DNA of 64,000 nt from Myxococcales bacterium (GCA_037445065.1 JBBILD010000003.1:128001-192000); one strand, 5' to 3'; positions 30,272 to 40,180 are shown, numbered from the stretch's first letter. Notes: generated from the sequence alone by a model not told the origin. Numbers and translations are program-made.

Positions 30272-32538
30272 CGGGGACGTTTCGTCGTGTTGGCTGGGAA
30301 TTCGCTCCGCGGGTGTTGCCGGTGTTGTTGCTGTGGTTTGTGCACAGCCGCGAGGCCATTGGTGACCCGCAGCTCCGGCGAGAGTCGTATGTGTTGGAGG
30401 AAATCGTCGTGCAAGACGAAGCGGCAGCAGTTGAGGTGTCCCGCTCCGTGCTTCCGGCGCAGGAAATCACCCGGGACACCCTGGAGACGACGTCGGTAGT
30501 GGATCCGGAAGACGCGCTCGAGTTCGTGCCAGACTTGTACATTCGCCGAAACGAACCCTTTCGCCTAGGCGCGAGTACGGTTCGCTTGCAGGGTGCCGAC
30601 CCGAACAAGACGGCCGTCCTCATCAATGGCAAGCGGATGCTTGGTGGGGTGGATGGCGTGGTAGACTTGAGAGACATCCCCGCCGTACTGCTCGACCGGG
30701 TTGAGCTGCACCGTGGTGTAGCGGGAGGGTTTGTGGATAGCGAGGCCATGGCGGGCAGCATCAACATCGTGACCCGCACCCCCAAGGAGCAGCCTGAGTG
30801 GACAGCCACCGCGGCAGGGGGCTCGTTCGACCGCATATTCGCCGGCGCTTCGCACTCGTACCGATGGCGCGGGCTCGCATACCTGGTGGCTTACGAACAC
30901 GATGAACTCGCGCTCGCTCGGCAGTTCGGAGCGATCAGCCGCCAGTTCGAAGGTTCCGGATCGGATGCCAAACAGACGCGAGACAACGTCTTCTTGCATG
31001 CGGCTTTCGATGCGACTGACCGACACCAAATTTCGAGCACGATCCATTTTCTGCCAGTGCGGGAAGGACCGCTCAGTCGCCGCCTCAATGTGACTACGGA
31101 TGTGGGCTGGAGAGGGCGCTTCCCCGGACCCACGGAGGTGCACTTGTCGGCTGGCCGCTTTGGGTTTGATCGGAGGAACGATCTGGCTGGATTCGAAGAA
31201 GACGTTGCCTTCGAGCAGTGGTTCGGGGAGGCCCGCGCGGCGCTGGCGCCGTGGATCGTTTTGGATTCGCATCACAGCATCGAGGCGGCCTACCGCTTCC
31301 GGCTCCCCAGTTTGCGACTCGCTGCCGGGGGACTTCGCGAGGCGGCGACTTCGCTCGCTTCGCCTCCCGGAGTGGCGGAGAGTACCAGCCTTCAGAGTTG
31401 TGCACTGCGTTATGATTGGTCGGACTTGGGGCAGTGGTCGGCGAGTGCAGGAACCAACTTCGATTTGCATTCCTTGTTCGGACTCGAGGTCAATCCAAGG
31501 GCCGTGGTCACCTTTCGCCCGACCGATCGGTTCCGGCTCAGTGTGGGAGTTGGGCGGGGATTTCGCGCTCCGGATTTACTGCAGTTATTCGACGCGGATT
31601 TGAACAACGCAGTGCCTGTAGGGAATCGTCCTATCGGTTACGCGATTCTCGGCGACCGCACCCTGCGGCCAGAAATCGATTTAGCAACCAATGTGGACTT
31701 GACTTGGTGGCCGGCCTCTTGGTTACGGGTACAATCGAACCTATTCCGCCACGATTTTCGCGACTTAATCGATGTCGTTTTGCGGTGTACAGGTCCCCAA
31801 CAGTGCGCCGCCGGCTTCACGCATCCGTTCCCCACGCTGGTCGGACAAGTGTTCCAGTACGCCAACGTGTCCGAGGCAGAGAGCGCTGGTGCTGACCTCT
31901 CTTTGGAAATCTCTTGGAGCGCCTTTGGACGAAACGGTCGGCCGCCGCTGACGGGCAGTTTCGGCCTCAATTACGGGTACCTGTATTCACGGAATGACTC
32001 CGAGCGGCCCGGGGAGAAGGGGAAGGAGCTGCCGTTTCGACCTCCGCACCGTTTCATTCCAAGCTTGTTCGTTCGCGATGAAGGAAGCGGTGCGAGCGGG
32101 CGCTTTTGGGCGGAGTACGACGACCGAGTGTTCACGGACCTTGTTAACAGTGCAACTGGCATTGCTCGCGCTCATTGGATCCTGAACGCTCGGTTCGAAT
32201 GGTCGCCCAGTCCTTGGTTCGAGGTTGGCCACGCCAACGGATTGAAGTCGCTGCTGGCTAACTCGAGCGTATTTTTGGAGGGGAGCAATTTGCTGGACAC
32301 CGAGTTCGGAGCCCCGGTCCGCTCACGCGAATGGCGGGTAGACGTAGCCTCTTGTTCGGGATCCGCACACAACGATGACGTTTCGACTCGGTCGCCCATT
32401 GCCGTTTGTGCCCGTGTCCGTCCTGACCCACGCGTTGGCCTTGCTATGGCTGAGCAGAGTTGGGTTCGTAACTTTGCAGGCCTACGAGGACCCCATTCGC
32501 GTCATCATCGTCGCGGGAGGTACGCATCGAGAGCCTGA
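30268..32538 (+). CDS. TonB-dependent receptor (probable heme/iron receptor) with an apparent frameshift near the 3' end; natural stop probably at 32378
   Basis: TonB box EEIVV, plug VLING...RVELHRG...GSINIVT, GFRAP. GTGA overlap with the upstream stop. Confidence 0.88.
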   Translation: MTGTFRRVGWEFAPRVLPVLLLWFVHSREAIGDPQLRRESYVLEEIVVQDEAAAVEVSRSVLPAQEITRDTLETTSVVDPEDALEFVPDLYIRRNEPFRLGASTVRLQGADPNKTAVLINGKRMLGGVDGVVDLRDIPAVLLDRVELHRGVAGGFVDSEAMAGSINIVTRTPKEQPEWTATAAGGSFDRIFAGASHSYRWRGLAYLVAYEHDELALARQFGAISRQFEGSGSDAKQTRDNVFLHAAFDATDRHQISSTIHFLPVREGPLSRRLNVTTDVGWRGRFPGPTEVHLSAGRFGFDRRNDLAGFEEDVAFEQWFGEARAALAPWIVLDSHHSIEAAYRFRLPSLRLAAGGLREAATSLASPPGVAESTSLQSCALRYDWSDLGQWSASAGTNFDLHSLFGLEVNPRAVVTFRPTDRFRLSVGVGRGFRAPDLLQLFDADLNNAVPVGNRPIGYAILGDRTLRPEIDLATNVDLTWWPASWLRVQSNLFRHDFRDLIDVVLRCTGPQQCAAGFTHPFPTLVGQVFQYANVSEAESAGADLSLEISWSAFGRNGRPPLTGSFGLNYGYLYSRNDSERPGEKGKELPFRPPHRFIPSLFVRDEGSGASGRFWAEYDDRVFTDLVNSATGIARAHWILNARFEWSPSPWFEVGHANGLKSLLANSSVFLEGSNLLDTEFGAPVRSREWRVDVASCSGSAHNDDVSTRSPIAVCARVRPDPRVGLAMAEQSWVRNFAGLRGPHSRHHRRGRYASRA

Positions 32539-33142
32539 GCCGGCTTCCGAGACATTGCCGTCTGGGGATCCTCGGCTGCCCTCGTCAGACGGCGCGAGCG
32601 GAAACCTCAAGGCCAGTGAGGTGGTAAAGCCGGTGGCAAAGCCGAGAACGAAGAGCAACGCTCGAGATGCTCGAGTTGTCTCGCGCCGCAAGCGTGAAAA
32701 GGAAAGAACTTGGCAGGCGCCGGTTCCGGAAAAGACGGAAGGGGCATTGGGCAATGGAGTTGCGGACGCCATTGGGAGCACCGGTGGGGAAAAGACCGGG
32801 GGCGGTTACGGCCAAGCCGATTCGGGTCGGTCCGGAGAACCCACAGACGCGGTAGGTCGGTACCTGCGTGCGGTACGGGCTTTGATCGACGCGCGCAAGC
32901 GCTATCCAGAGGAGACGCGGCGTACTGGTATCGAGGGCGTGGCCGTCCTTGCCTTTGTGATCGAACAGGACGGTCGACTCGCGGATCTCAAGGTTCTGTC
33001 GGCTGATGACCGGCTGTTTGCCATGGCGGCACTTGCAGCAGTGAAGGATGCCGCGCGCTGGATCGGACCTCCCCCAGCGGGCCAGCCGATGCCCGTCCAA
33101 GTGTCTCTTCGGTTCGAGTTAACGGAGAGGAGGAGACGTTGA
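32375..33142 (+). CDS. tonB: Energy transducer TonB
   Basis: N-terminal TM with SVLTHAL. C-terminal KRYPEETRRTGIEGVAVLAFVIEQDG...FEL. Confidence 0.85.
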   Translation: MTFRLGRPLPFVPVSVLTHALALLWLSRVGFVTLQAYEDPIRVIIVAGGTHREPEPASETLPSGDPRLPSSDGASGNLKASEVVKPVAKPRTKSNARDARVVSRRKREKERTWQAPVPEKTEGALGNGVADAIGSTGGEKTGGGYGQADSGRSGEPTDAVGRYLRAVRALIDARKRYPEETRRTGIEGVAVLAFVIEQDGRLADLKVLSADDRLFAMAALAAVKDAARWIGPPPAGQPMPVQVSLRFELTERRRR

Positions 33143-34053
33143 TGTTTCTGGTAGTGCGCGGAAGAGGAGCGGTTGGGGTCGTTCTCTCGAGTCTTTCCTT
33201 GGTGGTTGCGCCGAGCCCCGCCCGTGGGGGTCAGCTCGACTACGTTCCGAGTCGGATCGTCGCGATTGGGCCGTGGGTCACGAAGATTCTCTTTGAACTA
33301 GGTGCCGGTGACCGAGTGGTTGGAGTGGACTCGGCAAGCACCAGTCCCCGGGCTGTGCGCGCGAGGCCGAAGGTCGGGTACTTTCGCAGTCTGACGGTGG
33401 AGGGCCTCCTGGCGCTCGAACCTCAATTGATCTTGGCAATCAACGAGGCCGGTCCTCCCGAGGTCTTCGAGCAGGTCCGCGCGGCAGGAGTTAAGCTTAT
33501 GCAACTCCCTCCGCTAAAAAATGTTTCGGTTGCCAGCGAGGCTATTCGAAAGGTGGGGGTGGCAATCGGGCGAGAGGAGGAGGCCGTTCAGCTCGCCAAG
33601 CGGTTGGTCAGTAGGCTGGAGTCGCTACGAAAGCACGCTGACCGTGTGGCCGAGCGGCCGCGAGTGCTCCTGTTGTTCGCTCCCACTGCGCATACGTTGC
33701 TCATTGCCGGACGCGACACCGTGTCCGACCTTCTGATTCGTTTTGCAGGGGCGCAGAACGCAGCAGAATCGATTGTCGGCCTGAAAGCGTTAGGTGCCGA
33801 GGGGATCCTAGCCAGCAAGCCTGAGTGGATTTTAGTAACGGAGCACACCTTGCGTACTCTCGGAGGCGAAAAGGGGCTGTGGTCCCTGCCAGCGATTGCT
33901 CGCACCCCAGCGGCGGAGCAACAGCGCTTGTTCGTCGGCAGTGACGGGGGGCTGCTCGCTCCAGGACCGAGCTTTGTGCGGTGCGCGGAAGCACTATCCC
34001 ACCGTTTGCACGGCGAAGCTAGCGGCAGCGATTCATGTACTGGGGGAGATTGA
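33139..34053 (+). CDS. hmuT: Hemin ABC transporter substrate-binding protein
   Basis: RIVAIG, VVGVDSAS and VGYFRSLTVEGLLAL (heme-ligand Tyr as in HmuT/PhuT), plus operon context. Confidence 0.85.
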   Translation: MMFLVVRGRGAVGVVLSSLSLVVAPSPARGGQLDYVPSRIVAIGPWVTKILFELGAGDRVVGVDSASTSPRAVRARPKVGYFRSLTVEGLLALEPQLILAINEAGPPEVFEQVRAAGVKLMQLPPLKNVSVASEAIRKVGVAIGREEEAVQLAKRLVSRLESLRKHADRVAERPRVLLLFAPTAHTLLIAGRDTVSDLLIRFAGAQNAAESIVGLKALGAEGILASKPEWILVTEHTLRTLGGEKGLWSLPAIARTPAAEQQRLFVGSDGGLLAPGPSFVRCAEALSHRLHGEASGSDSCTGGD

Positions 34054-34054
34054 G

Positions 34055-35110
34055 ATGCAATCTTTACGGATCCAGCGTTCGGTAAGGGCTGGAGCAATTT
34101 TGCTCATTGTGACCTTGAGTTCGCTGGCGGCGTCTTCGTTGCTGGTCGGTCCAAAGAGCATTCGTTGGCACGAAGCGATGAGCGCAGTGTTTCCAGGAGC
34201 ATCCGGGAGGACAGGCAGTGATCTCGAATTGACCCGTTACGTTCTCCTGCACCTGTGCTTGCCGCGCACGCTTCTAGCGCTGGGCGTGGGCGTGGCGCTG
34301 GCCCTGGCAGGGACGGTGTTGCAGGCCCTATGGCGCAACGCTCTGGCGGATGCGGGGGTCCTGGGCATCAGCACCGCAGCAGCCCTCGGCGCGGCTACAA
34401 CTTTGGTCGGTTTACCGCACTTAGAGAGCGTTCCGTTCGTGCCTGGTTACCTCCACGTAGCCCTCGGGGCTTTTCTGTTCGCGGCTGGTACCATCGCGCT
34501 TCTGTACCGATTGTCGCAGCGGGCCTGCGGCACGAGCCTCGCAACGCTTTTGCTTTTGGGAATCGCCTTCAATGCAGCGGGATCAGGCCTCCTCGGTTTG
34601 CTGCTGTTTGTTGCTTCGGACGCCCAACTGCGGGCTCTCACCTTTTGGACTCTGGGAAGTGTGGCCGGAGCCACCTGGACAGTGACTGCGAGCCTATGGG
34701 CAGCCCTCGGCTGTCTCGCTCCGCTGAGTTGGCGTCTTCGCTGGGCGCTCGATGCGCTCCTGCTCGGAGAGAGCAATGCGTTTTACCTTGGGTGGGAGCC
34801 GCGGCCGATCAAGCGGGCTGCGATATGGAGCGCGGCGACACTGGTTGCGGTTGCGGTGGCTGCGGTCGGGCCAATTGCGTTTGTGGGACTGATTGTGCCC
34901 CATTTCCTCCGGTTGGTGGTGGGGCCCAGCCATGCAGTGCTCCTGCCCGCATCCGCGATCGGTGGGGCGGCGTTCGTTCTCGGCTGTGATGTGCTTGCTC
35001 GGTGTATCGTGAGCCCGGCCGAACTGCCCCTCAGCGTGATTACCGCCGGTCTTGGCGGGCCAATGCTGCTGGTCCTTTTGCTGAACCGCTCCGCGGCGGA
35101 GGGCTTGTGA
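34055..35110 (+). CDS. hmuU: Hemin ABC transporter permease (FecCD family)
   Basis: LPRTLLA, QALWRNALAD, WTLGS, LGESNAFYLG, GPIAFVGLIVPH, AELPLSVIT. Confidence 0.9.
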   Translation: MQSLRIQRSVRAGAILLIVTLSSLAASSLLVGPKSIRWHEAMSAVFPGASGRTGSDLELTRYVLLHLCLPRTLLALGVGVALALAGTVLQALWRNALADAGVLGISTAAALGAATTLVGLPHLESVPFVPGYLHVALGAFLFAAGTIALLYRLSQRACGTSLATLLLLGIAFNAAGSGLLGLLLFVASDAQLRALTFWTLGSVAGATWTVTASLWAALGCLAPLSWRLRWALDALLLGESNAFYLGWEPRPIKRAAIWSAATLVAVAVAAVGPIAFVGLIVPHFLRLVVGPSHAVLLPASAIGGAAFVLGCDVLARCIVSPAELPLSVITAGLGGPMLLVLLLNRSAAEGL

Positions 35111-35976
35111 TGCTGGAGGCGCGACAGGTGCGATTTGGTTTTGCTGCGAGACCCCTCCTATTCGGTGTGAGTCTCGAGCTGGGGCCTGGGGATTTGCTGG
35201 GGCTCGTGGGCCGGAATGGCTCTGGCAAGTCGACGCTTCTGAGGATTTGCGCTGGGGAACTTCGGCCATCTGACGGGGAGGTTGTGTTGGAAGGGCGCCC
35301 TCTCTCGCTATGGGAGCCGGAAGCGCGGGCGCGCCGGGTCGGTGTACTTTCGCAAGAACAGCCCCTCTCCTTCCCTTTCCGCGTACGCGAAGTTGTTCAG
35401 CTTGCGTGGGCTGCAAGAAGGATTCGTTCTGGCCCCGAGGCTGCCACCACCGTGGACATGCTGCTTGATCGTTTTGATTTAGGGGGGCTGGCCGACCGGC
35501 CGTACACACACCTTTCCGGGGGGGAGCGGCAACGCACGCACATCGCGCGCGTCCTGGCCCAAGTTTGTGTGGAGCGCCCATGGGAACGTCGCTACCTGTT
35601 GCTCGACGAGCCGACGAATCACCTCGACCTTCGGTTTCAGTTGGTTTTGCTGGAGACTCTGCGCGAACTAGCCCGAGAAGGCGTGGGCATTCTAGTCGTG
35701 ACCCACGATGTGGTGTTTCTTTCGCAGTGCGTCGAGCAGGTCTTCCTGATGGAGTGCGGGCGCATTTTGGCCGCTGGGCCGCCGAGCGGGGTCCTGCAAA
35801 GCCCGATTAGCCAGCTCGTCTTTGGTGTTCGCTTTCTATGTGTCGAGCCGGCCCGATCGGATGGTAAGCGCGGGGAACTCGTTGTGCCGGATATGACCCG
35901 GGGCAAGCAGCCCTGGCAAAAAGGAGAAACGAATGCAGAGAGCGGAAACGTCTTGGGACTTGCGACAAGGATGTGA
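35110..35976 (+). CDS. hmuV: Hemin ABC transporter ATP-binding protein
   Basis: GRNGSGKST, LSGGERQR, ARVLAQ, LLLDEPTNHLD. Confidence 0.9.
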   Translation: MLEARQVRFGFAARPLLFGVSLELGPGDLLGLVGRNGSGKSTLLRICAGELRPSDGEVVLEGRPLSLWEPEARARRVGVLSQEQPLSFPFRVREVVQLAWAARRIRSGPEAATTVDMLLDRFDLGGLADRPYTHLSGGERQRTHIARVLAQVCVERPWERRYLLLDEPTNHLDLRFQLVLLETLRELAREGVGILVVTHDVVFLSQCVEQVFLMECGRILAAGPPSGVLQSPISQLVFGVRFLCVEPARSDGKRGELVVPDMTRGKQPWQKGETNAESGNVLGLATRM

Positions 35977-37007
35977 GGACGTTGTAAGGCGCGAGCGGTT
36001 GCGCACGATAGATGCGGCACAGCGCCTCGGCGTCTCTGAACTGGAGCTGCTCGATGCTTACCCGGAATGCGTCCACCGGCTGACTGGGGAGTTCAATCGA
36101 ATCTTTTCCACTCTCGGAGAAATCGGGCCCTTGCTGGCAATCACACGCAACGCGCATGCCGTACTGGAATGCAGCGGCCTTTATACGCCATTTGCGTATT
36201 CGGAGGAGAACTCCCTCGTGCTCGGCGAGGCGGTAGACTTGCGCTTGTCCATTCGCCGCTTCGCTCATGCCCGCCTGGTTGACTGGCTGAACCCGTTTCG
36301 GATTCCTGCAGGTGTTCTTTTCTTCGATGAACCGGGCCGAGCCATCCACAAGGCCTTCTTTACGGCAGACACTTCGGCGGATGCGGCCGACGTCGTTCTT
36401 GAACGATTCGCCCTCGATCCGAGGGTCGCGGCGGCGCCCGGAGCGCCGGGTGGAGCGACAGCCAACACCTGAAGTGCCATCCCGCCCTTTGTCCGCTGTA
36501 GCGGTAGATGCAGAGGAAGTTCGAAAAGCTTGGTCCGAGATGCGGGACACGCACGACATTGCGCCGCTGTTGCAACGGTTGCGTTTGTCCAGGATCGAGG
36601 CCTTGCGGCTTCTTGCCCATGATTGGGCCTGGCCGGCCCATCCACATTCCATGTGGTTCCTCATACAGGAGCTGGCTGGGACAGGTTTGCCGATCATGGT
36701 CTTTGTCGGAAATCATGCAGTCACGCAGATTTACAAGGGGCCAATCGAGCGACCGGTGATGGCGGGGACTTGGTGGAACGTATTGGACCGTCGCTTTAAT
36801 CTGCACGTGGAAGCTTCCGGGCTGGGCGAGAGTTGGGTTGTCCGGAAGCCAGTGCCAGAGGGAGCTGTGACGAGTTTGGAAGTATTCGATCGGTCCGGCG
36901 AACTGGTGTTGCTTGTCTTTGCGCGGCGTGGGGTCGGACAGCCTGAGCCCGAAGAGTGGCGGGAACGGTTACGGGCGATCGTAAGGGCAGTGGGCGACGG
37001 CGTTTAA
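35933..37007 (+). pseudogene. hmuS: HemS/HmuS/ChuS heme-degradation/trafficking gene, split across two frames
   Basis: Frame 1 (35933-36472) has RTIDAAQRLGVSELELL, ITRN, DLRL, FFDEPGRAIHK. The +1 frame (to 37007) has WSEMRDTHD, PIMVFVGN, WWNVLDRRFNLH, WVVRKP, VTSLEVFD, EEWR. Confidence 0.8.
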
Positions 37008-37797
37008 ACCGTCTCCCTGGACGCTCTAGCGCGCGCCGGTTGCCTTCTCTGGCGGAGGCGGTTCTGAGCCTTGAACTCCCAAGTGTACCAGAGCGCGCGG
37101 GATTGAACGTTTCCTCATTGCTCCGACACACGCTTGCACGGCGAGCGGTACTAGGTACTTCCTTTCCGGTTCAGCCGAGCGGTCCCTTGATTGCACAGCT
37201 GCGCGCGAGCGGGCATCAGGAAATGCTGGCTTTGTTTCAACCCTTGAGCCTCCGGAGCACTGCGAGGTCAAAGCGTAGGGCACTGAATACGTCCAAAGTG
37301 GAGCGAGCAGACTGCAGGCAGTGCTACCTTCGCGAGAATGCAGTACTAAGTGCATCATCTTCGGCACTCGCGCGCGGCAGGCATACCGCCCGCTTGGTGC
37401 CCGATGACAGCGAGACCAACAATGCTGCATGCGAAGAAAAACCGTCGAAGGCGACGCGGTGCGTCTTAAGCTCGCCTGCGCGCCGGGCCGTTCCTCCTCT
37501 TCGAGTGTGACGCAAGAACGGTGGGCTTTGTCGGGCAACTGCCGGGAGGATGCTCTCACCTGCTCTCTCTGCGACCGCCAGGGTGCGTCCTGATTCGGTT
37601 AGACCCGAGAGTTACGTCCGAGTGGGGAGGCGGACAACTGGCAAGCAATAGACCGGGCGACCTGTAGCGGCGGTACAAGGGGTTTGCGCCTCGTTTTGTT
37701 CTTTGGTCGTTGCCCCGGAGACGTAAATTCTAGCGCGGCTCCGTAGGGAAGTTTTGAGGGGTGCAGCCCGGGTGTGCTTTGTAGAGTCTGCAAGCGA

Positions 37798-38071
37798 ATG
37801 AAGGGAGAGGCCTACGTCGGGCGAACTGCACGCACGATCGCGATCAGCTCCGATGCGGGATGGTTGTATGTCGTAATGTATGGAGATTCGGAGCTCGCGG
37901 TGGTTCCCACCTAAGACATGCAAGAGGTTGCCGATGTGAAGGTAGACTCCTATCCCGTCGGTATCTCTGTGTGTCTCCTGACGGGCGCGAAGTATGGCTG
38001 ACTTCTCAGGGGGAAAGGGGCAGGGAGGGCAGCCGGTTTCCGTCTTCGCGGTCATACTCGCGAATCCGTGA
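37798..38071 (+). pseudogene. Remnant of a YVTN/YncE beta-propeller gene (3' part)
   Basis: VGRTARTIAISSDAGWLYVVMYGDSELAVVPT*DMQEVADVKVDSYPVGISV / SPDGREVWLTSQG / KGQGGQPVSVFAV*. One in-frame TAA (37912) and two frameshifts. Confidence 0.7.
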
Positions 38072-39074
38072 ATGCCGGTGCAGGCCGCAAATTTCGGTTC
38101 GAAGCCGAGTGCCGATGGGCGGTTTGAGGCGGCCCGTAGCCCCCGATCGCGCTTGGGTTTATTGCTCGGTCAGAGCTTCGGAAGGCCCGCTGGACGATTG
38201 AGGTGTAGGCTTGGTCCACAAGCAGGAGGGCGCGGTGGCAGCCACGGCGGAGAGCGAGCTGGCTTTCGGCGGTAGGACTGGCAATGAGCGTTGATCTTCG
38301 GCCGGCAGACCAGCATGACTCCGTTTTGCACGCTGGCGACGTAGGATCAGTCCGCGTTGCGGACGGTTTTCGAAGTCAGCGCAAAACTCGCTGTAGCGAT
38401 GGGACAGCGGAGCGCACGAACCGAGAGCGAGAGAACTTGCGGACTGCGAGCCGTGCTTCGCGGTTGGTGAACGTCGCAGAGTTGGTTGCGGAAGGTTCGG
38501 AGCAGGAACGGTGGAAGTAGTTAGGGATGCCCACGTGCGGAGCTTGTGCGAGCGCACAGGTTGGCTTCGGGGCAAGCGCCGGTGGATTGAGGCACTCAAG
38601 GCAGATAAACGTGCACATACTGCGCGCGAGGAAGCGGTGATCCTGCTTGCATTGCGAGTATTCCTTCGCCGGGTGGGGAGACGGGGATGCCGGCGCCTCC
38701 GGATATGTGCGCTAAGCTGGTAGAACCACCAGTTTGGGCAAGATCTGTGAAGGCGGCAATGTGCTCACGTTGCGTTCAGACGGTAAGTATGGCGAGAGCG
38801 GATCGGGTGAAGCGGTTCTAGGAGAGGGCTGCGCCTCGGTCGCACACGTCGACGAGCAGCGCGTTAGGCAGTCAGAATCGGCGGATAGGAGAATGGCGGT
38901 TCCACCACGGTCCGCAGCCAGTGGCGGCCTGCGGTCCGCTCCTCGGTGTGCCCTGCGAGTCAGTGGCCCATTACAAGTCGCCGGCTGGACTAGTTGCCCG
39001 CTTTGGTGGGAGCGGTATTCGTGGCACAGGATTTCAGAGGCGAGTACGGTGGTTCGTCCGAGCTTAGGTTGCGC

Positions 39075-39503
39075 TCACTCGCGCTCGCCGAAAACGGCAC
39101 GGTCGAGGGAATAGCGGCCAGGACCGGCAAGGATCAGCAAGATCGCGACGCAGAGATAAATCGAGGCAAGCTCGTAGGAAGACCCGCCCACGCTGACAAA
39201 CGGGTCTCCCCGCAGGGCAGCGTGGTAGTACACAGCCACGGTCATGGTGCAAGCGATACCGAACGAGGCCAACGGTGTCAGGAATCCCACAATCCAGGCA
39301 AACCCACCGCCAAATTCGGAAAGAGCGGCCAACGCCTGCAAGATGCCCGGTGTCGGGGCATCGGGGCCCATCCAGCCGAACGGATTCTGAATCTTACCCG
39401 AGCCATGTATGATGAAAGCGAGGCCTGCGACAAGGCGGATGGGTAAGAGGCCGATCGAGGTTGTAACGCTTTGCTGTGTTATTTGGAAAACACGCCGAAT
39501 CAT
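39075..39503 (-). CDS. DoxX family membrane protein
   Basis: LLPIRLVAGLAFIIHGSGKI, EFGGG, GFLTPLA, YELA, GPGRYSLD. Confidence 0.9.
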   Translation of the reverse strand: MIRRVFQITQQSVTTSIGLLPIRLVAGLAFIIHGSGKIQNPFGWMGPDAPTPGILQALAALSEFGGGFAWIVGFLTPLASFGIACTMTVAVYYHAALRGDPFVSVGGSSYELASIYLCVAILLILAGPGRYSLDRAVFGERE

Positions 39504-39974
39504 GAGAAGACGCGTTTGCTGGTTGCCACGGTACGAGTCAAGTGCCGGGTGGAGAAAAAGCGTGGCCGTCTTCCAGCTCATGGCTCGGTGTGACTGGTGG
39601 AATTGTCCCGAATTGTCCTGGTCCACCCGAGAAATTTGGTTCGTTTGCATGCGCGCCCGTGGCTGATGGGTCGCTCCGTTGCGCAGCCGAGCGTACCGAG
39701 CGCGCGCCGATGCGGTCGGTATCTCTGGAGCCAGCGGGGAGAAAGGCCTTCTTCCTCTGAGTGCGCCAGGAAGCTGGCTTGAAGCGGTGCGCATTGGATC
39801 GGCCAAGCCGTGGTTCTGGCCGGAGGAGTAGGTTGAAAAGTCGATTGGGTTGGCCGGTGTAAGGGCGAAAGCTCACCGGCAAGTACGTGTCCCGAGGGTT
39901 GATTGCTTCGTTTCTGTCTTAAGGCGCAGGGATCCAAAAGACGCCCAGAGCCAGCGCGGGAGGATGCGCAAAAG

Positions 39975-40046
39975 TGGTCCCAAGGGGATTCGAACCCCTG
40001 TTACCGACGTGAGAGGCCGGCGTCCTAACCGCTAGACGATGGGACC
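39975..40046 (-). tRNA. tRNA-Glu(CUC)
   Basis: GGTCCCATCGTCTAGCGGTTAGGACGCCGGC-CTCTCAC-GTCGGTAACAGGGGTTCGAATCCCCTTGGGACCA (final A is the discriminator). Confidence 0.96.
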
Positions 40047-40107
40047 GTGATTCTTGACACAGGAAGAGCCGAGCGACCGGCAACTGCCCGCCGCTCGGCT
40101 AGCTGAA

Positions 40108-40180
40108 CTGAGGAGGTAGGACTCGAACCTACAATCGCCTGATCCAGAGTCAGGTGGCTTGCCAATTAGCCGACTCCTCA
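40108..40180 (-). tRNA. tRNA-Gln(CUG)
   Basis: TGAGGAGTCGGCTAATTGGCAAGCCACCTGA-CTCTGGA-TCAGGCGATTGTAGGTTCGAGTCCTACCTCCTCAG, with a U1-A72 pair. Confidence 0.96.

Noticed and set aside
26900..39970. Genomic island or prophage integrated at tRNA-Glu, prompted by the Com-like gene
   Set aside because: No integrase, transposase, phage structural gene, mom/methylase gene or duplicated tRNA 3' end was found.
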